From positions 4,896,001-4,960,000 of the forward strand of contig OZ241986.1 in the NCBI GenBank assembly GCA_965204375.1: a stretch of 64,000 nucleotides of DNA, read 5' to 3'. Position numbers and translations under genes: made by a program. Positions 28,367-38,462 of this stretch are shown here, piece after piece; position 1 is the first letter of the stretch, and every line of letters starts with the position of its first letter. Source of the DNA: Candidatus Latescibacterota bacterium (lineage in GTDB: Bacteria > Latescibacterota > UBA2968). The notes under the pieces were generated by a model, which saw only the letters and a list, made by a program, of their open reading frames with translations, made no database searches and was not told the origin of the DNA.

Positions 28367-29863
28367 TCACACCCCAATCTCCTCAAAAGGATACATCGGC
28401 TCGCGGCGAAACGCGTATTCAAAACCTCGCATATCCGCCGCTGTTGCGCCGGGTGTATCCACCCGAATTAAAGCCGTACAAACCGGCTGGTATGCCGCAA
28501 CAGGTGCATGCACACCCTTGGCTACAACCACCTGAAACGCGGCGGGATCGAGATCGCAACTCGTCATCAACCCCAGACTCACGGGCACAGCGCGCCGCGA
28601 CGTCAAACTAATTGTAATACCCGTATCCGTCTCCACAATCGCCGTGGGACCCATATCAAAAGACGTTCGCCCGCCGTGTCGCACCTCAGACTCTCTGTAC
28701 TTCCCCGCGTGCAAACTGCGCACCCGCACCTCTGCTCTCAAAGGCGCACCATGTAAATCATCCGTCTTACCTCCGATATCCAGCGCGAGGCGATTTCCAA
28801 CCCCTGCATCTCGCGCTCGCTCCTGTGATTCGGGATCAAAAATACACACAAAGCCCGTCGTATTCCCCCGCCTGTGCAATTCGTGCAAAATCTCTGTACC
28901 ATCGCCAGCAGATCCCCCACCAACATTATCGCCCATATCGAGCAAACAAACAGGTCCCTCTTGTCCCACCGCCATATCGACAGCCTCGGGAACAGCGATA
29001 TACTCTCCCACAAATTCCGCGCGGTGAGCATACAAATAATCCGATAGACGATTCGCCAGCACCTGTGCCCGATCCCTATCACCATCTGTCACCACCACAA
29101 ATGCCGACCCCATCTCCTCTACATCGGCATACGGAAAACCCAGCACAATACTATTCGACAAAACACCTATCTCTTTCAACATTTCATCTGCCAATTCATA
29201 CATCGGCAAACACGGCGGCGCAAAAGTCGATTGACGCTCGATATTAATCCCAATAGGCGGAAAAGCACCCGCTTGCACAGGCTCCACTTCCCCTTTCAGC
29301 GTTTGCACCATCAACGACGCAGCTTCCAACCCGCGCTGTTTCTGATCGAGATGGGGATTCGAGCGATAGGCAATGGTCGCATCGCACGCCGCAACCATGC
29401 GCGGCGACAAATTGGCATGCGGATCAATCGTGCAAATAATCGGCTTCTCAGGCCCAACCATCTCGCGCAAGCGCGATAACCAGTGCCCATCCATATCGCG
29501 GTACTCATCGCCCTCCCCCGAATTTGCCCCGTGAGGTGCCACGAGATACCCATCCACTTCGCCCACAGTCTCCACCTCATCAAACATCAACCGCATCAAT
29601 TCTCGACACGTCTCTCTGGTAATGCGTCCAGAAGGCGTTGTCCCCGCATGAAAAATCGGCAGTGCATCTATGCCTGCCGACTCCAAACCTTCTAAAAATC
29701 CACTGACTTCGTGGTGTCCACCCGAATAGTGATCATACATCGCCCGACCCGTAAAAATCCCGTCCCGTCGAAACGAATCCATAGTCGTTGGCGTGCTGAT
29801 AAACGTATTCGACTCGTGCAACAGCGAAATAATGCCCACGCGCATCGGGAATATTCCTTTCAT
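28367..29863 (-). CDS. M81-family metallopeptidase (MlrC-like)
   Basis: Motifs HESNTF, PHGA, DPHAN, PHLD, GFPYAD and DMGDNVGGG. Confidence 0.9.
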   Translation of the reverse strand: MKGIFPMRVGIISLLHESNTFISTPTTMDSFRRDGIFTGRAMYDHYSGGHHEVSGFLEGLESAGIDALPIFHAGTTPSGRITRETCRELMRLMFDEVETVGEVDGYLVAPHGANSGEGDEYRDMDGHWLSRLREMVGPEKPIICTIDPHANLSPRMVAACDATIAYRSNPHLDQKQRGLEAASLMVQTLKGEVEPVQAGAFPPIGINIERQSTFAPPCLPMYELADEMLKEIGVLSNSIVLGFPYADVEEMGSAFVVVTDGDRDRAQVLANRLSDYLYAHRAEFVGEYIAVPEAVDMAVGQEGPVCLLDMGDNVGGGSAGDGTEILHELHRRGNTTGFVCIFDPESQERARDAGVGNRLALDIGGKTDDLHGAPLRAEVRVRSLHAGKYRESEVRHGGRTSFDMGPTAIVETDTGITISLTSRRAVPVSLGLMTSCDLDPAAFQVVVAKGVHAPVAAYQPVCTALIRVDTPGATAADMRGFEYAFRREPMYPFEEIGV

Positions 29864-30300
29864 ATTTCCACAACGAGATACGTCTCCTCCACCGTCACCT
29901 CAAACGTCTCTGCCACATAAGGACCCTTTACCAACCCCGCCATATCTCCCTCGCCCTCTATCTCTGTGCCCTGTGCAATTTCCACCTCATAGCTGCGCAC
30001 GCGCACACTGGAAGGATCGACCCACGACTGCCCCGTCTTAATATCGTATTCCCATCCATGCCATGGACACCGCAAAATTTCCCCCTTGCGCGTGTACTCG
30101 TATTCTCCCGGCACTCTCGCGGTTACAAAGCCCGACACCCGCCCCTTGCACAGCGCACCCCCCTGATGAGGGCATCGATTCCTCAGGGCATAAAATTCGC
30201 CGTGAACATTAAACACCCCAATCTCCCGCCCCTCAATCGTCACCAACTTCCGCTCACCTGGCGGAATCTCATCAATAGTGCCAATAATGTGTTTCGCCAT
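29860..30300 (-). CDS. Rieske 2Fe-2S ferredoxin
   Basis: Motifs CPHQG and CPWHGW. Confidence 0.92.
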   Translation of the reverse strand: MAKHIIGTIDEIPPGERKLVTIEGREIGVFNVHGEFYALRNRCPHQGGALCKGRVSGFVTARVPGEYEYTRKGEILRCPWHGWEYDIKTGQSWVDPSSVRVRSYEVEIAQGTEIEGEGDMAGLVKGPYVAETFEVTVEETYLVVEI

Positions 30301-30308
30301 CACGCTCC

Positions 30309-31400
30309 TCACGCCAACTGATACAACGCCCGCGCATTCTCCGCCAGAATATTGCGCCGCACATCCTTGTCCATACCCGAGGGCAGAGCCACATCGGGCG
30401 CGTCAAAATCCCAGTGGGGATAATCCGTGGCAAACATCAACTTATCGTTCATATCCATATGATCCATCATCTGAAAAAAGTACTCGCGTTGTGGGGGTTC
30501 TTCCATAGGCTGCGTACTGATCCAAAAATGATCGCGGACATACTCCGATGGCAGCCGCTTCAAATGTGACAACTCCACCTTCAACTTCTGATAACAACTA
30601 TCCAGTCGCCACATCAACGCGGGCATCCACGCAAATCCTCCCTCAATCAAAACCACTTTCAAATCCGGAAATGCCTCAAACACGCCTTCATACACCAAAC
30701 TCGTCACCTGCGCCTGAAATGCCGTGGGCATGCCCCCGTGATCCTCAATATAATGCGAAGGCTTGCCCGCGCCCGTAATCGGGCCCGCGCCTGTACCGCC
30801 AAAATGAATCGCAATGGGAAAGCCATTTCTCACCGCAGCCTCATACACCTTCCAGTACTTGCGACTGCCCAGAGGTTCCATAGTCCGCACGACGAGAAGC
30901 ACCTGCACAAATCCCGGATGATCGCCCATGCGGTCAATTTCTGCCGCGGCCGACTCGCCATTTTCATAAGGCGCAATCACAGACCCGCGCAACCGGGGTT
31001 CGCGACTGAGCCACGCATCGGCTTGCCAATCGTTCACAGCCTGTCCCATCGCCTCAGCATAACGCAAATTTTGCTGCCCACCCACGCCGATCAAAGGCGT
31101 TAAAATGCCGTAATCCATATTCCACTCATCCAGCAATTGCGCGCGCAAAAAATCCAGATCGGATCCCGGCGGTCCCGAAGGCGGCCATGCATCGTGACGC
31201 GCGGCATTTGGCACAGCGCGCGGATACGCCGACCCGATGCGTCCGCGACCACCAATAGTTCGGTGATAATCGTGCCATTCCTCCGCCAGATATTGAAGCC
31301 ACATATCCCCCGACTTCATCGTGACGTGAACATCGCAATCAATCACGGCTGTCTTCTTTCGCGTTTCTATTTTTACCTCATCCATCAGCGTATCAGCCAT
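30309..31400 (-). CDS. Amidohydrolase_2-fold protein (DxDxH type), probably a Rieske-coupled dinuclear oxygenase
   Basis: Motifs IDCDVH, IEGGFAW, PSEY, STQPMEEP and FATDYPHWDFD. The gene is adjacent to the Rieske ferredoxin. Confidence 0.85.
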   Translation of the reverse strand: MADTLMDEVKIETRKKTAVIDCDVHVTMKSGDMWLQYLAEEWHDYHRTIGGRGRIGSAYPRAVPNAARHDAWPPSGPPGSDLDFLRAQLLDEWNMDYGILTPLIGVGGQQNLRYAEAMGQAVNDWQADAWLSREPRLRGSVIAPYENGESAAAEIDRMGDHPGFVQVLLVVRTMEPLGSRKYWKVYEAAVRNGFPIAIHFGGTGAGPITGAGKPSHYIEDHGGMPTAFQAQVTSLVYEGVFEAFPDLKVVLIEGGFAWMPALMWRLDSCYQKLKVELSHLKRLPSEYVRDHFWISTQPMEEPPQREYFFQMMDHMDMNDKLMFATDYPHWDFDAPDVALPSGMDKDVRRNILAENARALYQLA

Positions 31401-31540
31401 CTTGTGCCTCCTTTTAAGATACCGTTCAATCACATAACAGATTATAACCCAACACACCGAGGAAAGCAAACCCGATATGCGCTGTATCTGTATCACTCAA
31501 AAGATAGGACTTTATCTCTTCAATATCAAATGCCCAACTC

Positions 31541-31569
31541 TTGACAGTGAGGAGATTTTTAAATAGACT
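31541..31569 (+). promoter_or_regulatory. Sigma70-type promoter for the helicase-methylase operon
   Basis: TTGACA-17-TAGACT. Confidence 0.6.
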
Positions 31570-31630
31570 CTGTTGGCGGTTATTAAAGACTACGGATAAA
31601 TGAGATTATATATAAACCTTGGATCACAAT

Positions 31631-34600
31631 ATGCCCCGGATTTTTGACAACATTGAACAAAGCCTTCACCCTGCATTGGTAGAGACTATGGAGGTCTCAG
31701 AACGCGCGGATTTCTGCGTAGGCTATTTCAATCTTCGAGGCTGGCGTTCAATCGACGAATACGTCGAAAAGTGGGCAGGAGGAGATGGTCAATGTTGTCG
31801 CCTGCTCGTTGGCATGCAGCAGTTGCCACACGAAGAGTTACGGCTTGCCAAAAGTTTTGCAGCCGACCAGGGAGGACTCGACAACCAGACCGCGTCTCGG
31901 CTCAAAAAAAGACTGGCGGAAGAATTTCGAGAACAACTAATCCTGGGTGCTCCGACCAACGCGGACGAGGCGGGTCTGCGACGGCTGGCGGCGCAGATTA
32001 AGGCAAAGAAACTCGTCGTCAAACTCTTCCTCAAACACCCGCTACACGCAAAGCTCTACCTTTTGTTTCGACCAGACCCGATTAACCCCATAGTTGGCTA
32101 CCTCGGAAGCAGCAACCTCACGCTATCGGGCCTTTCCTATCAAGGCGAACTCAACGTCGATGTATTGGATCACGATGCCTGTCAAAAGCTGGCGAAGTGG
32201 TTCGAAGATAGGTGGAATGACCGCTGGTGCGTCGATATCTCGAAAGAACTCAGCGAGATTATTGAGGAAAGTTGGGCGCGCGAAGAACTGATCCCGCCCC
32301 ACCAGATCTATATCAAAATGGCGTACCATTTGTCGCAGGAAGCGCGGGCTGGCCTGACGGAATTTCGCATACCAAAAGACTTCGACAACAAATTGCTCGA
32401 CTTTCAGACGGCTGCTGTGAAGATCGCTGCACACCACCTCAACCGACGGGGCGGTGTCATCATCGGCGATGTGGTCGGGCTGGGCAAGACGCTCATGGCA
32501 ACCGCCCTGGCGCGTGTATTTGAGGACGACCACGGCCTGGAAACGCTGATCTTATGCCCGAAGAATCTCGTTCCGATGTGGGAGGATTACCGCGATCAGT
32601 ACCGGATGCGCGCCCGCGTATTGTCAATCACCCGCGTGATCAACACATTGCCCGATATGCGCCGTTTTCGCCTGATTGTGATTGACGAGAGCCACAATCT
32701 GAGAAATCGCGAAGGCAAGCGATACCGCGCCATCCAGGAATACATCCAGGAAAATGACAGCAAGTGCATCCTGCTGTCCGCGACACCCTACAACAAGACG
32801 TATCTGGACCTGTCCAGCCAACTTCGCCTGTTTGTACCCGAGGATGAAGACCTGGGGATTCGCCCGGAACGCCTCTTGAGGAAGATGGGTGAGACAGAAT
32901 TCATTCGCCAACACCAGGCAGGGTTGCGGACACTGGCCGCGTTCGAGCGGTCTGAGCACGCGGCAGACTGGCAGGAACTCATGCGTCTGTATCTCGTGCG
33001 CCGAACCCGCAGCTTTATCCGGGAAAACTATGCCGCCACCGACGAGACTACGAAAAATAAATATCTGACGTTCGAAGATGGTAGCCGGTCTTATTTCCCC
33101 GCCCGGGTTCCCAAAACGATCCAATTCGACATTGGCGACCAGTACGCCCGCCTGTTTACAGGCAAAGTGGTTGGCGACATAAACGGCCTGGAACTTCCGC
33201 GGTATGGACTCGGCAACTACGTCACACCCGCGCCACACACCCCACCGACATCCACCGAGGCAAAAATCCTCGACGACTTATCGCGCGCGGGCAGGCGACT
33301 CATGGGCTTCTGCCGAACCAACCTGTTCAAACGGCTCGAGAGTAGCGGTCACGCCTTCCTGCTGTCGGTTGAACGGCATATTTTGCGGAATTTCATTTTT
33401 CTACACGCTATTGAAAATGACCTCCCGATCCCTATCGGAACAACGGACGCGGGGTTACTCGACTCGCATTCCTATGATGAAGATGTGGAAGGCACAACGG
33501 GAAATATCTTCGAAGAAGATGACGATGCAAACGAAAACGTCAACGAAGCAAAAGCACTGAGAACCGAAAAGGATTTCCGACAACGAGCCGCTGAAGTCTA
33601 TACCCTCTATGATTCTGCATACAGAAGGCGATTTCGCTGGCTGGCCTCGCACCATTTTATTAAAAATCTTCACAAAGACCTGAAGAACGACGCCGAAACG
33701 CTACGCAACCTCCTCGTCCAATTCGGGACATGGCAAGCGGATGAAGATACAAAACTCCGTGCCTTGGAAGATCTGCTCATGACCACACACCCGGACCGCA
33801 AGATTCTGGTCTTTACGCAATTCGCCGACACAGTGCGCTATCTGGGGCACGAGCTGAAAGCACGCGGCATATCGCAGATGGCAGCCGTAACCGGAGACAC
33901 AGACAACCCGACAAGACTGGCATGGCGTTTCAGTCCAAAGAGCAACGAGAAAGAGGATCGCATTACGAGCAACAATGAACTTCGGATCATGATCTCCACG
34001 GATGTCCTGAGCGAAGGACAAAATCTTCAGGACTGCGCCATTGTCGTAAATTACGATCTCCCGTGGGCGATCATCCGCCTGATTCAACGCGCCGGGCGTG
34101 TGGATCGCATCGGACAGCAAGCGGAAAACATTCTGTGCTATTCCTTTCTCCCCGCGGATGGAGTTGAACGTCTCATCAGGCTTCGGACGCGCGTTAGAAC
34201 ACGCCTCGATCAAAATGCCGAGGTCGTCGGAACTGACGAAGCCTTTTTTGAGGACGAAGACGAGCGTGCTGTTCGCAATCTGTACCACGAGCAGGCGGGC
34301 ATCCTCGACGGAGAAGAAGAAACCGACGTCGATCTCTCCTCTTATGCGTATCAGATCTGGAAAAACGCGACAACGGCCGATCCGTCGCTCAAAAAGAAAA
34401 TCGAAGATATGCCATCCGTCGTCCATTCTTCACGGGCCTACGCACAAACGCCGCAACATCCCGAAGGTGCTCTGGTCTATATGCGCACAGCACAGGGACA
34501 CGATGCCTTAGCGTGGATGGACCGCGAAGGCAATAGCGTAACCGAGAGCCAATTCGACATCCTGCGCACCGCGGCCTGCTCACCCGACGAACCGGCCCTA

Positions 34601-34987
34601 CCGCGCCACGACACCCACCACGAATTGGTGTACAAAGCTGCAGAACACATCGCCCGCGAAGAAGCACAGGTCGGCGGTCAACTCGGTCGCCCATCGGGTG
34701 CCCGGTTCAAAACTTACGAACGGCTCAAAAATTATGCAGAAAACGTCAAAGACACGCTATTCGACACAGAGCCTCTACGTCGAACAATAGATGATATCTA
34801 CCGCTATCCCCTGCGTCAGGCCGCGATAGATACGCTAAACCGTCAGTTGCGTAGCGGCGTCTCTGATGAGACCCTCGCACAACTGGTCATCGCGCTCAGG
34901 GATGAGGATAGACTTTGCATCGTACACCAGGAAGACGAACACCAGGACCCCCAGATCATCTGCTCAATGGGCTTGATTGGACAATAA
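31631..34987 (+). CDS. PLD-nuclease / SNF2-type helicase fusion (restriction-like subunit)
   Basis: N-terminal HAKLY...GSSNLT...ELN (PLD HKD-like), then GDVVGLGKT, DESHN, SATPYN, EGQNLQ and QRAGRVDRIG. Confidence 0.9.
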   Translation: MPRIFDNIEQSLHPALVETMEVSERADFCVGYFNLRGWRSIDEYVEKWAGGDGQCCRLLVGMQQLPHEELRLAKSFAADQGGLDNQTASRLKKRLAEEFREQLILGAPTNADEAGLRRLAAQIKAKKLVVKLFLKHPLHAKLYLLFRPDPINPIVGYLGSSNLTLSGLSYQGELNVDVLDHDACQKLAKWFEDRWNDRWCVDISKELSEIIEESWAREELIPPHQIYIKMAYHLSQEARAGLTEFRIPKDFDNKLLDFQTAAVKIAAHHLNRRGGVIIGDVVGLGKTLMATALARVFEDDHGLETLILCPKNLVPMWEDYRDQYRMRARVLSITRVINTLPDMRRFRLIVIDESHNLRNREGKRYRAIQEYIQENDSKCILLSATPYNKTYLDLSSQLRLFVPEDEDLGIRPERLLRKMGETEFIRQHQAGLRTLAAFERSEHAADWQELMRLYLVRRTRSFIRENYAATDETTKNKYLTFEDGSRSYFPARVPKTIQFDIGDQYARLFTGKVVGDINGLELPRYGLGNYVTPAPHTPPTSTEAKILDDLSRAGRRLMGFCRTNLFKRLESSGHAFLLSVERHILRNFIFLHAIENDLPIPIGTTDAGLLDSHSYDEDVEGTTGNIFEEDDDANENVNEAKALRTEKDFRQRAAEVYTLYDSAYRRRFRWLASHHFIKNLHKDLKNDAETLRNLLVQFGTWQADEDTKLRALEDLLMTTHPDRKILVFTQFADTVRYLGHELKARGISQMAAVTGDTDNPTRLAWRFSPKSNEKEDRITSNNELRIMISTDVLSEGQNLQDCAIVVNYDLPWAIIRLIQRAGRVDRIGQQAENILCYSFLPADGVERLIRLRTRVRTRLDQNAEVVGTDEAFFEDEDERAVRNLYHEQAGILDGEEETDVDLSSYAYQIWKNATTADPSLKKKIEDMPSVVHSSRAYAQTPQHPEGALVYMRTAQGHDALAWMDREGNSVTESQFDILRTAACSPDEPALPRHDTHHELVYKAAEHIAREEAQVGGQLGRPSGARFKTYERLKNYAENVKDTLFDTEPLRRTIDDIYRYPLRQAAIDTLNRQLRSGVSDETLAQLVIALRDEDRLCIVHQEDEHQDPQIICSMGLIGQ

Positions 34988-34996
34988 GGATACGAA

Positions 34997-37900
34997 ATGC
35001 CGATAAATCTCGACAGAAAAAGAGTCAACCAACACCTGCAGAACCTCGATCTCCAGACACTCTTCATTGAAGAACTCGGCTGGGACCACGGCGGAACGAA
35101 TATCGAAGCCACGGTTGCAGACAATACTTACGTCCTCGAAGCCATTGCCCACAAGCGCGGCATGGTCGCCTATCAGTACACACCGGCCTCGGCTGATGTC
35201 TTCCCCGACCATCCTATCCGCCAGAAGATAGAAAGAGCCGTCACCAAAACCGTCCGCGAACACATCATCATCTATGCCTCCCACGACGACAACGCGCTGT
35301 ACTGGCAATGGGTGAAACGCGAGCCGGGACAAACGGACCGGTCCCGCCAGCATATCTATCACCAGGATCAATCGGGCGAAGCCCTAATACAAAAACTGGA
35401 ACAAATAGCCTTCGCACTGGACGAAGAAGAAGACCTTACCATTGCCGATGTTACGAGTCGGGTGCGTGCGGCCTTCGATGTCGATAAAGTCACCAAAAAA
35501 TTCTACGACCATTTCAAGAAAGAGCACACTGCTTTTCTGGACTTCATCACGGGAATCCAGAACCTCGCAGACCGAGAATGGTACGCCTCCTTGATGTTGA
35601 ACCGGATGATGTTCATTTACTTCATCCAAAAACGCGGCTTTCTCGACAGCAATCTCAATTACTTACGTGACCGTTTGGAAAGAGTACGCCAGCAACAAGG
35701 CGACGGCAACTTCCACAACTTCTACCGACTATTCCTGCTAAGGCTATTTCACGAGGGATTGGGCCAGCCCGAAGCTGCCCGCACCCCCGAATTGGCGGCC
35801 TTACTCGGCCAAGTCCCGTACCTCAACGGCGGCTTATTCGACGTACACGATCTGGAGCGAGACAATCCGGACATACAGATACCCGACGAGGCATTCCAGA
35901 AAATTTTCGATTTCTTCGACGCCTACCAGTGGCACCTCGACGACCGCCCACTTCGCAACGACAACGAAATCAACCCCGATGTGCTTGGCTATATCTTCGA
36001 AAAGTACATCAACCAGAAACAAATGGGAGCCTATTACACAAAAGAGGACATCACCGGGTACATCAGCCGCAACACCATTATCCCATTCTTATTCGACCAG
36101 GCAAAAAAGGAATGCGCCATTGCGTTCAAACCCGATGGCGCAATATGGCGATTGTTAAAGGACGACCCAGACCGGTACTTTTACGAAGCTGTGCGCCACG
36201 GCATCACTTATGACATTCACCAAAAAGAAAACCTTGTAGAAAAACGCGAATTACCGCCTGAAATAGCCTCCGGTCTAAACGACATATCAAAACGCGGCGA
36301 ATGGAACAAACCCGCACCATCCGACTACGCCCTGCCAACCGAGACCTGGCGCGAACACATTGCCCGACGCCAACGCTACAATGAAATCCACGCCAAACTC
36401 GCCGCTGGCGAAGTCACAACCATCAACGACCTCATCACCTACAACTTGGACATCGAAAAATTTGCCCTGAACGCAATCGAAGGCAGCGAAGGCCCAGAAC
36501 TCATTCGCGCGTTCTATAAGGCAATCGCCAAAGTCTCCATACTCGATCCAACCTGTGGTTCAGGCGCATTCCTGTTCGCCGCACTCAACATCCTGGAACC
36601 AATATACACGGCCTGTCTGGAAGCCATGGGAGGATTCCTCGACGATCTGAAACGTTCAACACGCCAGCACAGTCCAAATAAACTGAGCGACTTTCGAGAT
36701 GTGCTGGATCAGGTCTCTAAACACGCCAGCGAACGCTACTTCATCCTCAAATCCATCATCATCGACAACCTCTACGGCGTTGACATCATGGACGAAGCCG
36801 TAGAAATCTGCAAACTGCGCCTATTCCTGAAACTCGTCGCACAACTGGAAAGCTACGACCAGATTGAGCCGCTGCCCGACATCGACTTCAACATCCGCGC
36901 TGGCAACACCCTCGTCGGCTTCACCTCGCTTGAAGAAGTGCAAGAGGTACTGAGCACAGACTTAATAAAACAATTATCCCTTCCCCAAATAGAAGAACGC
37001 GCAGAAATCGCCGACCGCGCCTTCCGCAAATTCCGGGAAATGCAAACCTCCCACGGCATGGAAGCCAACAAATACGCCAACGCGAAGTTGGTACTAAAGG
37101 AACGACTCGACGACTTGCGCGAGGAATTAGACGAATACCTGGCCAAGGATTACGGCATCAAGGTAGATAACGAAAAAGCGTACACCCAATGGCGCGACAG
37201 TCACCAACCTTTCCACTGGTTCGTCGAATTTTATGGGATTATGAACAAGGGCGGATTCGATGTGATCATCGGAAATCCGCCGTATGTCAACTGTAAATCG
37301 CTTGGATATGCTGTACAGTCTCCCGAATCTCTGAAATTTCCAGATATTTATGGTTACGTAGTCTTACGATCACATCACATCATAAATCAAAGCGGACGAT
37401 GTGGGTTCATTGTTCCTCTTTCAATGACTTTTAGCTTTGAATTCTCTGATCTACGGGAGCAATTAGCCAGCGGCGGGACCCATTGGTTTTCTTCATTCGA
37501 TAACATTCCGGCAGCACTCTTTTCCGGAGTGAGCCAGCGATGCACAATCTGGATCAGTTCCTCAACGGATAGTGATTCGTTTGCTACTCGTCTTTTCAGA
37601 TGGCGCTCTGCTTATCGAGCTTTTCTGTTGGATAATGTAACCTACAACAAGGCGTCTAATGGCATCTCCACCAAAATTTTCGGCATTCCCCGCCTGTCAA
37701 ATCGTTTCGGTGCAAAACTGCTATCACTGCACATTAAATCATCTTCTTCAAAGTTAATCTCGTCCCACGGGACGAATGGTGAATCAGTCAAATTAGGATT
37801 CTCAACAACAGCACGAAATTTCATCTCCACATATATTGAGCCTCCGCCGGTCTTGCATGCCGATAATAGAAGTGCCCTTGCCCCCTCGACATGCGGCTGG

Positions 37901-38443
37901 GTGACTCTGCCTTCTAATGAAAAAGCATTTGCGGCTCTCGCAATCACATCAGGAGACGCATGTTTTTGGTATTGGCTAACACGCGGAGATGGATTCCACG
38001 TTACAAACTGGTTACTCAAGGACCTCCTCGCTCCCATTACTTACTTTCCAGCGGATCATTTACACAGGCTGGCCACAATCGGAGAATTACTGCACCAGCA
38101 CAGATATTCTGCACTTGTTTTTAAGAAAAACGCGGGCAAATATGTTGGAAATTTCAACTATCAAAAACTACTTTCGCTAACGAGAAGAGCCGACTTCGTG
38201 TTTCTATCGGGACTGGGTGCCGGTTGGGCTGATTTGAGGGAATTATTCTCCTTTATTTCCATGGTGCGCGGTATCAATCAGGACGCAGGTGAGAAGAATA
38301 TACCCACGTCTATAAAAGAACTTTTCGTGCCACCAGATCCCATTGACTCCTACACCGACTGCCGTCTGCACGAAATTGACGAGTGGATATCAACGACGTA
38401 CTCCATTGAACCTGGACTGGTTGATGGGATTTCATCAGCATGA
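34997..38443 (+). CDS. Eco57I/type IIG-like N6-adenine DNA methyltransferase with C-terminal target-recognition region
   Basis: Motifs PYLNGGLF, GAYYT, LDPTCGSGAF, YGVDI, FHWFVEF and IIGNPPY. Confidence 0.9.
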   Translation: MPINLDRKRVNQHLQNLDLQTLFIEELGWDHGGTNIEATVADNTYVLEAIAHKRGMVAYQYTPASADVFPDHPIRQKIERAVTKTVREHIIIYASHDDNALYWQWVKREPGQTDRSRQHIYHQDQSGEALIQKLEQIAFALDEEEDLTIADVTSRVRAAFDVDKVTKKFYDHFKKEHTAFLDFITGIQNLADREWYASLMLNRMMFIYFIQKRGFLDSNLNYLRDRLERVRQQQGDGNFHNFYRLFLLRLFHEGLGQPEAARTPELAALLGQVPYLNGGLFDVHDLERDNPDIQIPDEAFQKIFDFFDAYQWHLDDRPLRNDNEINPDVLGYIFEKYINQKQMGAYYTKEDITGYISRNTIIPFLFDQAKKECAIAFKPDGAIWRLLKDDPDRYFYEAVRHGITYDIHQKENLVEKRELPPEIASGLNDISKRGEWNKPAPSDYALPTETWREHIARRQRYNEIHAKLAAGEVTTINDLITYNLDIEKFALNAIEGSEGPELIRAFYKAIAKVSILDPTCGSGAFLFAALNILEPIYTACLEAMGGFLDDLKRSTRQHSPNKLSDFRDVLDQVSKHASERYFILKSIIIDNLYGVDIMDEAVEICKLRLFLKLVAQLESYDQIEPLPDIDFNIRAGNTLVGFTSLEEVQEVLSTDLIKQLSLPQIEERAEIADRAFRKFREMQTSHGMEANKYANAKLVLKERLDDLREELDEYLAKDYGIKVDNEKAYTQWRDSHQPFHWFVEFYGIMNKGGFDVIIGNPPYVNCKSLGYAVQSPESLKFPDIYGYVVLRSHHIINQSGRCGFIVPLSMTFSFEFSDLREQLASGGTHWFSSFDNIPAALFSGVSQRCTIWISSSTDSDSFATRLFRWRSAYRAFLLDNVTYNKASNGISTKIFGIPRLSNRFGAKLLSLHIKSSSSKLISSHGTNGESVKLGFSTTARNFISTYIEPPPVLHADNRSALAPSTCGWVTLPSNEKAFAALAITSGDACFWYWLTRGDGFHVTNWLLKDLLAPITYFPADHLHRLATIGELLHQHRYSALVFKKNAGKYVGNFNYQKLLSLTRRADFVFLSGLGAGWADLRELFSFISMVRGINQDAGEKNIPTSIKELFVPPDPIDSYTDCRLHEIDEWISTTYSIEPGLVDGISSA

Positions 38444-38462
38444 CAATTGAGGATGATTTGAA

